Positions 50,562-59,859 are shown, numbered from the stretch's first letter. The stretch is 64,000 nucleotides of DNA from an uncultured Bacteroidales bacterium (GCA_964605655.1 CAZSDK010000016.1:27455-91454); one strand, 5' to 3'. The notes: generated from the sequence alone by a model not told the origin. Numbers and translations are program-made.

Positions 50562-53500
50562 AGGCACGGAAACAGTGATGATCTCATAGGGTTTCAAGGT
50601 AATCTGCTCCATTCTTTCTCCTGTGATGTCACCATTAGGATCGCACTTTCGAAAGGGCACATTCCCGGCAAACGGCTTGAATGTCAATAATTTGTCGGTG
50701 ACATTATATAAACGGTACATGACTTCCTTTGGAACCTCCTGATTCATAGAGAGGGCACTTACCACAACGGAGGAATTCCCTGCCCAAGCCGGCAGATGGA
50801 GTCCATCCTCAGGCACTTCTCCTGCCATGACCACCAGGGGCTGAGAAGACTCGGTCCCAAAACGGTAGTTCTCAACAGGGTCGTAGATTCCGTGCGGCCG
50901 GATCACATACCGGAAAGAAACCTCACCATCCTGGTCGGCCCGGAAGTTGGTGTGCCATGAATTGTTCATCACCCAGGAAAACAGGAGGGAAGACTTCAAA
51001 GGTTGCGTCAGCCATTGCTTTTCAGGTCCGTTGGTCATCCAGGATTCGCCGGTCATCGCTCCGGTCTCCCAAAGAAGCGCGTCAGGTGTGGCCATCGTGA
51101 TGCCCGAGGTCTTATCTGAAACATCAATCCATCGCTGGACCGAATAAAAATTATTGTTGGCCCCTGTAAGCTGGTTGATACCGGGTTCCAGGACAAACCC
51201 GGCCATATCCATGCGTACCTCCGGATCCTTCAGTGAGAAAGGAAAGGTAAAACGAACATTTTCCTTCTCACGTACCGGGTTCTTTAAGATCTTGTCAAGA
51301 ATGCAGATGCTGCCGTCATTGGAACACAGGCTGATCTTCCTCACCAGGGTAATGCAGCCCGGAGCGGAAGAAGCCAGTTCGACCGAACAAAGGAGAGGTC
51401 CGTTGTTTGTCAATCTTATGGTTGACCGTCCCTGCTTTTTGGGATTCACCCCATCCGTACCCGTGTATACATATTCGTTCATCCCAAAGGCAGCATTCCG
51501 GTCGACCCATTCCTTCTTCCTGACCTTATCCCAGAGTGAAGTGATGTTGCCGGTAACAGAGTCCCATTCTACTCTTAAAACATTGTTCTCCAAAGAGCCA
51601 GATGTACTTACAAGTTCACTTGCCATGGGTTTCTTTGCAGGACGGAAGTCGAAGTTCCGGTAGCCAAGAGAGGGTACGCTGCTGATATTACTGCATGCCA
51701 TGCCGTTTTCCAACTTTTGTACCTGGCATTCATGTCCCTGGTCATCGAAAAGAGAAAGGTTACCGGGAGGCATCAGACTCTGAGGGAAATAAATCATTCC
51801 CTGCCTGGCCCAGGAGGAGGGGTTGAAAACCGTAATAACTTCCTTGCCTTTAGGATCCTTTACCATCCTGAACCTGATTTTTTCTGTCATTGAGGAGGAA
51901 ATCATCTGGGCAGCCTCCGCAAAGCCCCTCTTCACCTGCCATTGCCCTTTAACCTCCGGCAGATCAGGATCTGAGGTGCTGTTCCAGGCACCCCAGGTAT
52001 GTTCAGAATAGAGCACCACCTGTTTCCAGCCTTCTCTGACATCCGGTTCTGGGTATAATCCCGGTGCTGCCATGCAGTATACTTTCTCGCCTGTCACCAT
52101 TTTTTCTGCGGAAGCCCGGTTCATACCGGTCTCCAGAGCTGAGGATGCTGCCCCGTCTTCCCAGTAAGGGGAAAAATCACCCTGAAGGCTCGGCAGTTGC
52201 CTGCCATACTTCCCTTCAAACTCCTGAAACATACGAGTGGCGGTCGAGATGCATAGTTCAGGGCTCACATACTTCTCATTCCAGGCTTTGACATAAGCCG
52301 GCAGCAGGGAATCAGGAGGGCCGTTGTCGCCCAGGATGGTATAACGGAGCTGAACCAGGTCATATGGGTAATTGCTTTCACTAAGGTCCCGCAAATAGCC
52401 CAGCACCTGCGAACCATCGGTCTTGGCAAGGCTGCCCCTGTGAAACAAGGCATACCCCATGGACGACATCCAGAACAGTATGCTGTCGCATCGGGAGGGA
52501 GAAAGCCAGTAAAAAGGTTTATCTCCCCAGGCGGTGATGGTGTTCCCGATACGGTCACCGGAATTGGGGCCGACCGAAAAATAACGGATCCCGCTTTGCG
52601 CCATGGGACTCACCAGGCCCCAGACATAACCCGGAATGTCGGTGATCATGGCAGAGGGAAGCGTGAATCCGTATTTTTTCTCCAGCTCTTTCTTGTAATC
52701 GAAAAGATGGAACAGCTCTTCATCGCGGCACAAGCCGGTCATCACCCCGGCGTACATCCCTTCGAGCTCTATCTCACCATTTTTCACCATGGAAATGAAT
52801 TCCTTTTTATCCTCCTCAGAAGCCCTTTGAAGGAATGCTTCTGCTTCCCAAAGCATTTCGACATTCCAGCGGAAGCGGGCATTCTCAGGCAGGTTCCTGC
52901 TCTGTTTCACCAGCCTCATGGCAGCCTGCACATGACGGGCATGACGTTCAGCCACCACCTCCTGAAGGGCGGTGTAACCGATATCGACATGAGAATGGGG
53001 CAAAAGGTACACTTTGTAGGCCCTGACCGGTGAAAGCTGAAAAGAGACCTCCCGGGTATGGCTTTTGCTGATGACCTTCAGAATCCGGGTCTCTCTTTTC
53101 ACTGCCGGGTTCACCGCAAGTATGAAATCATTCACACCGAAACGGAGCCTGCCGGTCTGTACGGAATCCCCCTCATACGCAAACCTGATGTCTTCCTCTG
53201 TTCCAAAATGGTCCAATGACAACTTGATCCTCTGGAATTTTGAATCCCGGGGTCCTCTTATCAGTGCTTCCTCAGGTACCAGTGACATCCTGGGTTGTAT
53301 CGAATACCGCATGGTCATATACCAGTCGCGGCTGCCGCTGGCATCCCCCTGCACCCTGATCTTCAGAGCCTGCCCGGCCGTGACCAGCTTTTGCGGCACC
53401 TTCAGAAAGAAATACCCGAAATGGTCCCTGACATGGTCTTCAGAGGCAAACCTGAAATCAAGGATGACACCCTTCTCCCCTTTTATCTTCCATCCTGAGA

Positions 53501-53879
53501 GTAGCATTCCCATCCTGGTGGTGAACAGCAGTCGGTCCACTCCCTCAATGCTCAGCCTGAAGGTATGAGTCCCGGTGGAGGTCCCCGTCGAAAAACCTCC
53601 TATCCAGCAGAAAATCAGCGTATCATCATTCCTTGAAGCATCAGTAACAGCCGTGAGCCATTCAATGTAATCCGTGGCATTCAGACAACGGATCAGCAGA
53701 GAGGAATTGGCTTCGGGGTGACAGGAATGATACGCCAGTACTTCTCCGGCAAGGTCTTTTGCGTACCCGCTGTAGAGCGTATCCTGTGGCTTCTTTCCGG
53801 CGGTCAGAGGTAAAGTAGCTGCCATCCAAACGGCGACAAGAATTGATAATTTGAGTCTGCTGTTGTTCATAGTTTTCAT
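50544..53879 (-). CDS. GH38-like (alpha-mannosidase clan) glycoside hydrolase, secreted, with an extra N-terminal domain
   Basis: LLPHSHVDIGYT, FRWNVE, AMITDIPG, YSEHTWG, VFNPSSW.R; TATTTTTG promoter at 53898-53905. Confidence 0.8.
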   Translation of the reverse strand: MKTMNNSRLKLSILVAVWMAATLPLTAGKKPQDTLYSGYAKDLAGEVLAYHSCHPEANSSLLIRCLNATDYIEWLTAVTDASRNDDTLIFCWIGGFSTGTSTGTHTFRLSIEGVDRLLFTTRMGMLLSGWKIKGEKGVILDFRFASEDHVRDHFGYFFLKVPQKLVTAGQALKIRVQGDASGSRDWYMTMRYSIQPRMSLVPEEALIRGPRDSKFQRIKLSLDHFGTEEDIRFAYEGDSVQTGRLRFGVNDFILAVNPAVKRETRILKVISKSHTREVSFQLSPVRAYKVYLLPHSHVDIGYTALQEVVAERHARHVQAAMRLVKQSRNLPENARFRWNVEMLWEAEAFLQRASEEDKKEFISMVKNGEIELEGMYAGVMTGLCRDEELFHLFDYKKELEKKYGFTLPSAMITDIPGYVWGLVSPMAQSGIRYFSVGPNSGDRIGNTITAWGDKPFYWLSPSRCDSILFWMSSMGYALFHRGSLAKTDGSQVLGYLRDLSESNYPYDLVQLRYTILGDNGPPDSLLPAYVKAWNEKYVSPELCISTATRMFQEFEGKYGRQLPSLQGDFSPYWEDGAASSALETGMNRASAEKMVTGEKVYCMAAPGLYPEPDVREGWKQVVLYSEHTWGAWNSTSDPDLPEVKGQWQVKRGFAEAAQMISSSMTEKIRFRMVKDPKGKEVITVFNPSSWARQGMIYFPQSLMPPGNLSLFDDQGHECQVQKLENGMACSNISSVPSLGYRNFDFRPAKKPMASELVSTSGSLENNVLRVEWDSVTGNITSLWDKVRKKEWVDRNAAFGMNEYVYTGTDGVNPKKQGRSTIRLTNNGPLLCSVELASSAPGCITLVRKISLCSNDGSICILDKILKNPVREKENVRFTFPFSLKDPEVRMDMAGFVLEPGINQLTGANNNFYSVQRWIDVSDKTSGITMATPDALLWETGAMTGESWMTNGPEKQWLTQPLKSSLLFSWVMNNSWHTNFRADQDGEVSFRYVIRPHGIYDPVENYRFGTESSQPLVVMAGEVPEDGLHLPAWAGNSSVVVSALSMNQEVPKEVMYRLYNVTDKLLTFKPFAGNVPFRKCDPNGDITGERMEQITLKPYEIITVSVPLLPGN

Positions 53880-53965
53880 TCAATGATCTGTATGAACCAA
53901 AAATACGGGGAATATGATTAAATTAGGATGAAAGGAGGGAGTTATTATATTCGCGGGGAGGGATG

Positions 53966-53983
53966 GCCTGCCGGAAGGCAGGC
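53966..53983. repeat. Short GC-rich palindrome GCCTGCC-GGAA-GGCAGGC (REP-like)
   Basis: Perfect 7-bp stem with a GGAA loop in the intergenic region. Confidence 0.6.
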
Positions 53984-54030
53984 GGAAGAGGGCAAGGCAG
54001 CTATCAAAAACTGACAAACGGAAAATCAAC

Positions 54031-55392
54031 CTATTCCACCTTCATACACCGTACCGAATAGCCGTAATCCATCTCCTGTACATCCTGGAATATCCACATC
54101 GAAACGTAATTCAGATAGCGGCTTACCGCCCAGGTATTGGCATAATAATCAGAGCTCCAGAATTTGGCATGGGTCCTCAGGTGGTAAAAATCGCCTGTGG
54201 TATGTCGGAAACCTGCCGGCAGTCCGGTGAAACCGCTTGTATTGATGGCACAGGTATTGGGTGGTTTGAAAAAAACTGTGTCCGGGACCTTCATCTTACA
54301 CCCTATGTCGCTTCCTGTCCAGTCGAAGGTGGTACAATCCACCGTGCTGTCGAGGGCAAGCTCCATGTTGCACCATTCCTGGTGCGAAGGCAGGTGAAAC
54401 CCGTCTGGACAAATCCCTTTGGTTGAAGGCGTCTGTGAATACTGCATCATCTCGTTCCACTGGTATAATCCGCCGTAGACCTCACAGTAGGCAGGATCGT
54501 CATCGTAACAGTACTTTTCGATCACCCCGTTGTTATGGGCATCGCCGGTTCCCGGTATCATCGTGCCCCGGTTGAGGTTGTCCCGCATCCAACACTGGTT
54601 TCCAATATGCACCGTATTGTAGATCCGGCCGTCGCATAAGATGTAAGGTTTTGAATGACAAGGGTATCCCTGATGAAATAAAAAGGTGTAATCCTTGCTT
54701 TGGTGCGGATTGTCGGCGAAAGCCGCCGAATCGCCCTCACTGTAACCCTGGCAGTACAGAATGTCACCAAAAGTGAAGGTGAACAGGCTTCCAGCCGAGA
54801 CTTTAAAGGGTTCCTGGACCTCAGGTGTGGCACTGCTTTCTATGAGGCTTACACAGGCTGTGCCCTGTGATTTACTGCAGTTCAGTGCTTTTAAGGTGAG
54901 GCAAAGGTTCTGCAGGCAAACCCTTAACAAAACCATCCTTTCGTTTCCGGGCTCCAGGAGAAAACGGTGGGTCCCCGCCGGAAGAAACATACGCTCCCTG
55001 TACAAGCTCCTCCCCATCTGGTCCGTCATGCTGAGCTCCACCTCACCGCCTGCCGGAACACTCACCCTGAATTCAGCATTTCCCGGTGAGGGGTTGGGAA
55101 AGGGTTCGGTAAGGGCAAACGACCCTGCAAGGCCAGTCTCCTCACTGATACCCACATGTTCCAGCCATAGGACTGTATCGGGCCAGTACAGCACCGTGTC
55201 GGCATCGCTGCTCAGGTTTACCACACGGATGCTGTCCAGCACGCGGTGGAGCCCCGGCTCCTTCCCCGTGAAGGTAAAGACAGCCTCCTGACCCGGGGCT
55301 GTTTCATTGGACCAGCAGAAAAGGAGCAGTAAAATCCAGCATAAATGAAAACGATCAGACATCAGCCGCAAATCATTTCTAATGAATACCAA
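54031..55392 (-). CDS. FISUMP (Fib_succ_major) domain protein with an internal T9SS-CTD-like domain
   Basis: YNTVHIGNQCWM..NL, YGGLYQW.E, GICP.GFHLPS..EW, SGFTGLPAG.R, FWSS, GYSVRC; FPNP motif near the N-terminus; true start may be 55362. Confidence 0.88.
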   Translation of the reverse strand: MVFIRNDLRLMSDRFHLCWILLLLFCWSNETAPGQEAVFTFTGKEPGLHRVLDSIRVVNLSSDADTVLYWPDTVLWLEHVGISEETGLAGSFALTEPFPNPSPGNAEFRVSVPAGGEVELSMTDQMGRSLYRERMFLPAGTHRFLLEPGNERMVLLRVCLQNLCLTLKALNCSKSQGTACVSLIESSATPEVQEPFKVSAGSLFTFTFGDILYCQGYSEGDSAAFADNPHQSKDYTFLFHQGYPCHSKPYILCDGRIYNTVHIGNQCWMRDNLNRGTMIPGTGDAHNNGVIEKYCYDDDPAYCEVYGGLYQWNEMMQYSQTPSTKGICPDGFHLPSHQEWCNMELALDSTVDCTTFDWTGSDIGCKMKVPDTVFFKPPNTCAINTSGFTGLPAGFRHTTGDFYHLRTHAKFWSSDYYANTWAVSRYLNYVSMWIFQDVQEMDYGYSVRCMKVE

Positions 55393-55621
55393 AGTTAGTA
55401 CTTATCCTCAACAGCTTGAGAATTTGTTTAATAACCTCAAAAATCTTTTTCATTTTAATATTTCCTTGACTTTTATCATTCTGCTTTATATATTTGGACA
55501 AAATACATTGAACTGATCAATGATTTTATCTATACACCACCATGCTTAGAAACGGCATTTTTTTTCTTACCCTAGTTCCTGAAGGGAAAGGTTCTCTCAA
55601 TAGCAAATTGATCATTGTCAG

Positions 55622-56845
55622 GTGATTGCAATAAAGAACCATTGCTTTTGGAGGATAAATATCCTCATTCTGTTCTATTTACTTAGCGTACAACTGCTTT
55701 CTTCACAGAACTTAGTTCTGAATCCAAGTTTCGAAGACACTCTTCAATGTCCAAACGGCGGGAGTGCTACACTTGGAGATGCTCGATACTGGTTCTCTCC
55801 AATCTATCCTGATTGTACGAGTGAATTATTCCACTCCTGCGATGACCTGTGGCGTGTGTACGAGCATCAAAAACCCCATTCAGGAAATGCATTTGCAGGA
55901 TTCTCAATATTTGACGGGGGATTTTGGAGGGAGTACGCAGAAGTATCATTGATAAAACCTTTAACTTCAGGCAAGAAATACAATGTCAACTTTTATATTC
56001 GATCATTATATTTTACGGCTTCAACAGTTGATGCAATCCAGGTATATTTTTCAAAAGATTCTCTGCTGGTTCCTTTCGTAGGAAATATTAATGTTTTTCC
56101 TCAAATTTCAAATAATAATGGTATTATCCAGGATTCCCTTAACTGGGTCAGGATAACAGGTTCATTCATTTCACATGGAGAAGAACTATTCATGACTGTT
56201 GGAAATTTCAAGCCCTCAGATAGCACACTCTTTATCAGCTATCTTCCGCTTTTTCTTGGAATAGGCCCTGCATATTATCTCTTCGATGATTTCTCTGTAT
56301 ATGAATGTGATGCGGTGAGCTATACGGCCGATGCCGGCCCCGGCACCTCCATCTGCAGAGGAGAAAAGGTGCAGCTGGGCACTACCGATTTCCCGGACTA
56401 TTGGTACGAATGGTCAGAACCGGGTGGGAAAATATTTTCCCGTCAGGGAAGACCCTGGGTCAGTCCCACGGAAACCACCACCTACCACCTGCTCCAGAAG
56501 GACTTCAAGTTTGATGAGTCCTATTCCAGTGTGACCATCATCGTGGAAGACTGTGATAAAGACCTGGTCATTCCCAATGTGATCACTCCCAACGGTGACG
56601 GCGCCAACGACAGGCTGGTGATCCTCAACGAGAGCCGGCTTCAATATACCCTCCGCATCTTCGATCGCTGGGGAACGGAGGTGTTCACCGGCACGGAGGA
56701 ATCCTGCTGGGAGGGCACCCGGAGCAAGGGAACGGAATATATGTCAGAACAAGCCGGTCCCGGAGTTTACTATTATTACATCGATGCCGTCACCCGCCTT
56801 GGAGAAAAACGAAGGTACACCGGGGCTGTTCAGGTGATCAGGTAG
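55622..56845 (+). CDS. Secreted protein with T9SS type-B (CHU_C, gliding-motility-associated) C-terminal domain
   Basis: QNLVLNPSFE N-terminus; IPNVITPNGDGAND...IFDRWG.EVF...GVYYY; TATATTTG promoter at 55489-55496. Confidence 0.88.
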   Translation: MIAIKNHCFWRINILILFYLLSVQLLSSQNLVLNPSFEDTLQCPNGGSATLGDARYWFSPIYPDCTSELFHSCDDLWRVYEHQKPHSGNAFAGFSIFDGGFWREYAEVSLIKPLTSGKKYNVNFYIRSLYFTASTVDAIQVYFSKDSLLVPFVGNINVFPQISNNNGIIQDSLNWVRITGSFISHGEELFMTVGNFKPSDSTLFISYLPLFLGIGPAYYLFDDFSVYECDAVSYTADAGPGTSICRGEKVQLGTTDFPDYWYEWSEPGGKIFSRQGRPWVSPTETTTYHLLQKDFKFDESYSSVTIIVEDCDKDLVIPNVITPNGDGANDRLVILNESRLQYTLRIFDRWGTEVFTGTEESCWEGTRSKGTEYMSEQAGPGVYYYYIDAVTRLGEKRRYTGAVQVIR

Positions 56846-56850
56846 AAATA

Positions 56851-56957
56851 TCAGTTAATCAGTTTACCAGTTTACCAGTTTGCAAATAATTGATTGACTG
56901 GTACATTGGTACATTGGTACATTGATACATTGGTACACTGATAAACTGTTAAACTGA
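56851..56957. repeat. Composite 8-bp-period tandem repeat array
   Basis: (T/C)CAGTT(A/T)(A/G) x4 at 56851-56882; TGGTACAT x5 at 56899-56938; TGATAAAC TGTTAAAC TGA at 56939-56957. Confidence 0.9.
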
Positions 56958-57019
56958 ACGATTCTCCCCTCCCTCTTCACAGAAAATTCTATCTTTGCCC
57001 TTTCAAACACTCCCATCCT

Positions 57020-57742
57020 GTGTCGCTCAGGCAATTCCTGAAAAACCTTTTCTTCCACCTTCATCTCGACCTTACCAGGAACCAGAGGTACGACAGGCTG
57101 ACCTACCGCATCATGAAACGATGCCTGGTCGCGGGAAGTCATTGTGTCGATATCGGCTGCCATAAGGGAGAGATGCTGCCCTGGATCCTGAAGTTCAGTC
57201 CGGGAGGCCCCCATTACGCTTTTGAACCCTTACCGGAAATGTACCAGAAACTGGTAAAGAAGTTCGGGACTTCCCCGGTCAGGTTCTTTGATCTGGCCCT
57301 GAGCAACCAAAAAGGCACCCTGCCCTTTCATCATGTGGTCGATATGCCGGCATACAGCGGCATACAGAAAAGGAAGTACCCGGTCAGCAATCCTGATATT
57401 CAGGTAATTGAGGTAAAGACCGACTGCCTCGACCAGGTCATCCCACCCGATTTTCCTGTCCATTTTATCAAATTGGATGTGGAAGGTGGTGAATATCAGG
57501 TCCTTCAGGGCGCAAAAGCCCTTCTGCAAAAACAGCGGCCACTGGTGCTCTTTGAGTTCGGACTGGGAGCTGCCGAATGTTACGGGACCCAACCCGACAT
57601 GATGTTCAATCTGTTTGAATCCTGCCAAATGAACATCTCCACCCTCCAGGATTACCTGAACAGAAGAGCCCCCTTGAAAAAGGATGAATTCTCAGAACAT
57701 TTCACCTCTGGAACGGAATACTATTTTATTGCCCATCCATGA
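57020..57742 (+). CDS. FkbM-family methyltransferase
   Basis: VDIGCHKG, AFEPLP, FIKLDVEGGE..VL.GA; GTG start; TATCTTTG promoter at 56990-56997. Confidence 0.9.
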   Translation: MSLRQFLKNLFFHLHLDLTRNQRYDRLTYRIMKRCLVAGSHCVDIGCHKGEMLPWILKFSPGGPHYAFEPLPEMYQKLVKKFGTSPVRFFDLALSNQKGTLPFHHVVDMPAYSGIQKRKYPVSNPDIQVIEVKTDCLDQVIPPDFPVHFIKLDVEGGEYQVLQGAKALLQKQRPLVLFEFGLGAAECYGTQPDMMFNLFESCQMNISTLQDYLNRRAPLKKDEFSEHFTSGTEYYFIAHP

Positions 57743-58371
57743 AAACCATCCTTGCCTTTCTTTTATTACCCGTGAGCCTCATGAGCCAGAACCTGACAGA
57801 CATCTCTCTTCCCCAACCCAGGACCACCGGAGGAAGACCCCTGATGGAAGTCCTGACGGAAAGACATTCTTCCCGGGAATTCGCTAACATTCCCATTGAC
57901 CTGCAAAACCTTTCTGATCTGCTCTGGGCAGCGGACGGGTACAACCGTCCTTCCGAGAAGAAGCGTACCGCCCCAAATTCAAGGGATTACCAGGAAATCG
58001 ACATTTATGTCGTGACAGAGAACGGGGTGTTCCTGTGGAATGCCGGGTCCAACGTGCTGAAAGCCGTCGTATCCAAAGACATCAGGACTGCCACCGGGAA
58101 ACAGGATTTCGTGGGACAGGCTCCCTTATGCCTGGTGTATGTGGCCGATTTCACCAGGGTGCCGGGAGGGAAGACCCCTGCCCAGGTCAATTCATCCTAT
58201 GCAAATACGGCCTTCATTGCTGAGAATGTTTACCTCTTCTGCGCCTCGGAAGGGCTGAATACCATCATCCGCGACTACTTCGATGAGGTCCTCCTCTCGA
58301 AGGAGATGCTCCTGAAAGATACTCAGCAAATCATTCTCTGCCAGACTGTTGGCAAACCTCCTAAAAACTAA
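57739..58371 (+). CDS. SagB/ThcOx-type nitroreductase-family protein with signal peptide
   Basis: LPQP..TGG.PLM.VL..RHSSREF, LSDLLWAA.G, RTAPNS, AENVYLFCASEGL. Confidence 0.88.
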   Translation: MKTILAFLLLPVSLMSQNLTDISLPQPRTTGGRPLMEVLTERHSSREFANIPIDLQNLSDLLWAADGYNRPSEKKRTAPNSRDYQEIDIYVVTENGVFLWNAGSNVLKAVVSKDIRTATGKQDFVGQAPLCLVYVADFTRVPGGKTPAQVNSSYANTAFIAENVYLFCASEGLNTIIRDYFDEVLLSKEMLLKDTQQIILCQTVGKPPKN

Positions 58372-58374
58372 CAA

Positions 58375-59058
58375 ATGAAAACGATTGGCATCCTGGGCGG
58401 GACCGGCTGGGTCTCCACCGTCGATTATTACACCTTACTCAACCAGACCGTGAACAGGCGCCTGGGTGAGATGCAGTATGCACGCTGCATCATCTACTCC
58501 CTGAACTTCGCCGAGCTGATGGAACGCAAGAACGATCCCAGGGCCATGGTCATTTTCCTGGAAGATGCCGCCAACCGCCTCATTGCTGCGGGTGCCGAAT
58601 GCCTGATGCTCGGTGCCAACACCCTTCACATGTTTGCCGATAAGATCGAAAAAGACCTGCCCGTTCCCCTGATCCATATCGCCCGTTCCACGGCTGCCGG
58701 GGTAAAAAAAACCGGATTTACCAGGGTTGGGCTGCTGGGTACCAAACAGACCATGGAAAAGAGCTTCTACAAGACCATCCTGAACCATGAAGGCATTGAG
58801 GTGATCATCCCCGAAGCAGAAGACCGGAACTTCATCGACCACACCATACTGAACGATTTCTTTAAGGAGATCTTCACAGAAGAAACCAGGCAGAAGTATC
58901 TCAGGATCATCGGTTCCTTAAAAGTTCAGGGCGCACAGGGCATCATCCTGGGATGCACCGAGATCCCGTTGTTGATTAAACAGGAACACTGCGACATTCC
59001 TCTCTTTAACACCACAAAAATCCATGTGGAAGCTGCCGTGGAATTTGCTCTGCAATAG
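58375..59058 (+). CDS. Asp/Glu/hydantoin racemase-family protein (YgeA/RacX-like)
   Basis: KTIGILGG.GW.ST, ANTLH, GLLGTKQTM, ILGCTEIPL. Confidence 0.9.
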   Translation: MKTIGILGGTGWVSTVDYYTLLNQTVNRRLGEMQYARCIIYSLNFAELMERKNDPRAMVIFLEDAANRLIAAGAECLMLGANTLHMFADKIEKDLPVPLIHIARSTAAGVKKTGFTRVGLLGTKQTMEKSFYKTILNHEGIEVIIPEAEDRNFIDHTILNDFFKEIFTEETRQKYLRIIGSLKVQGAQGIILGCTEIPLLIKQEHCDIPLFNTTKIHVEAAVEFALQ

Positions 59059-59109
59059 TACCGGCACCTGTCGTTAAGAAAAGAAACACATCTGTCAAAT
59101 AAGACAAAC

Positions 59110-59859
59110 TTATAAGCGTTCCCTCAGTCTTTTATAACCCTCAGCGCTCACCTTGAGCCTTGCACCGTTCTTCAGTAAGGCCAGATGGGTGTCTTTACCG
59201 TAAGGTTCAATGGAAGTGATCTGGGAAAGATTGACGATGTAGCTTCGGTGCACCCTCAGGAAAACCTGGGAGGGAAGATGCGATTCAAAATACTTCATCG
59301 TCTTCTCTTTCAGATAATTGCCTATCTCAGAATAAACCATCACGTAATCATCCTGTGATTCAACGTATTGGATCTTTTCCACCGGGATGACATGCAGTTT
59401 GCTTCCCACCCTGCAAATCACCCTGTCGATACTCTGTTCGGCCTCCGACACCTGTTCCTGGATTCGGAATATTTTTTCCTTCTGATCGTCGCTTCCGGCT
59501 TTCAGCTGAGCCCTTACCCTTTCCACGGCCTGTATGAGGCGGTCTTTGGGAAAAGGTTTGAGAAGGTAATCCACCGCATTCATCTCGAAGGCCTTAATGG
59601 CAAACTGATCGTAGGCCGTGGCAAAAATGATGGCCGGTTTGGGATCGATCACCTCGAGAAGTTCAAAGCCATCGATCTTGGGCATCTGGATATCCAGGAG
59701 CAGAAGGTCGGGCTTCAGATCAGAAATGGCCTTGATAGCCTCGAATCCGTTCTCGCATTCACCGACAACTTCCACATCAGGCTGGTCTTCAAGGTATTTA
59801 ACGATGATCTGCCGAGCCAGGGGCTCATCATCCACTATAAGTATCTTCATTTTATCCAT
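59110..59859 (-). CDS. LytTR-family response regulator
   Basis: IVDDE.LAR, LDIQMP, FATAYDQFA, DYLLKPF, FLRVHRSYIVN. Confidence 0.96.
   Translation of the reverse strand: MDKMKILIVDDEPLARQIIVKYLEDQPDVEVVGECENGFEAIKAISDLKPDLLLLDIQMPKIDGFELLEVIDPKPAIIFATAYDQFAIKAFEMNAVDYLLKPFPKDRLIQAVERVRAQLKAGSDDQKEKIFRIQEQVSEAEQSIDRVICRVGSKLHVIPVEKIQYVESQDDYVMVYSEIGNYLKEKTMKYFESHLPSQVFLRVHRSYIVNLSQITSIEPYGKDTHLALLKNGARLKVSAEGYKRLRERL

Noticed and set aside
53954-54030. tRNA-Ser gene or remnant
   Set aside because: Only the first ~12 nt resemble a tRNA; there is no anticodon arm, T-loop (TTCGA) or acceptor complement
56851-56957. CRISPR array or DGR template
   Set aside because: Units are 8 bp with no unique spacers; no cas or reverse transcriptase genes in the window
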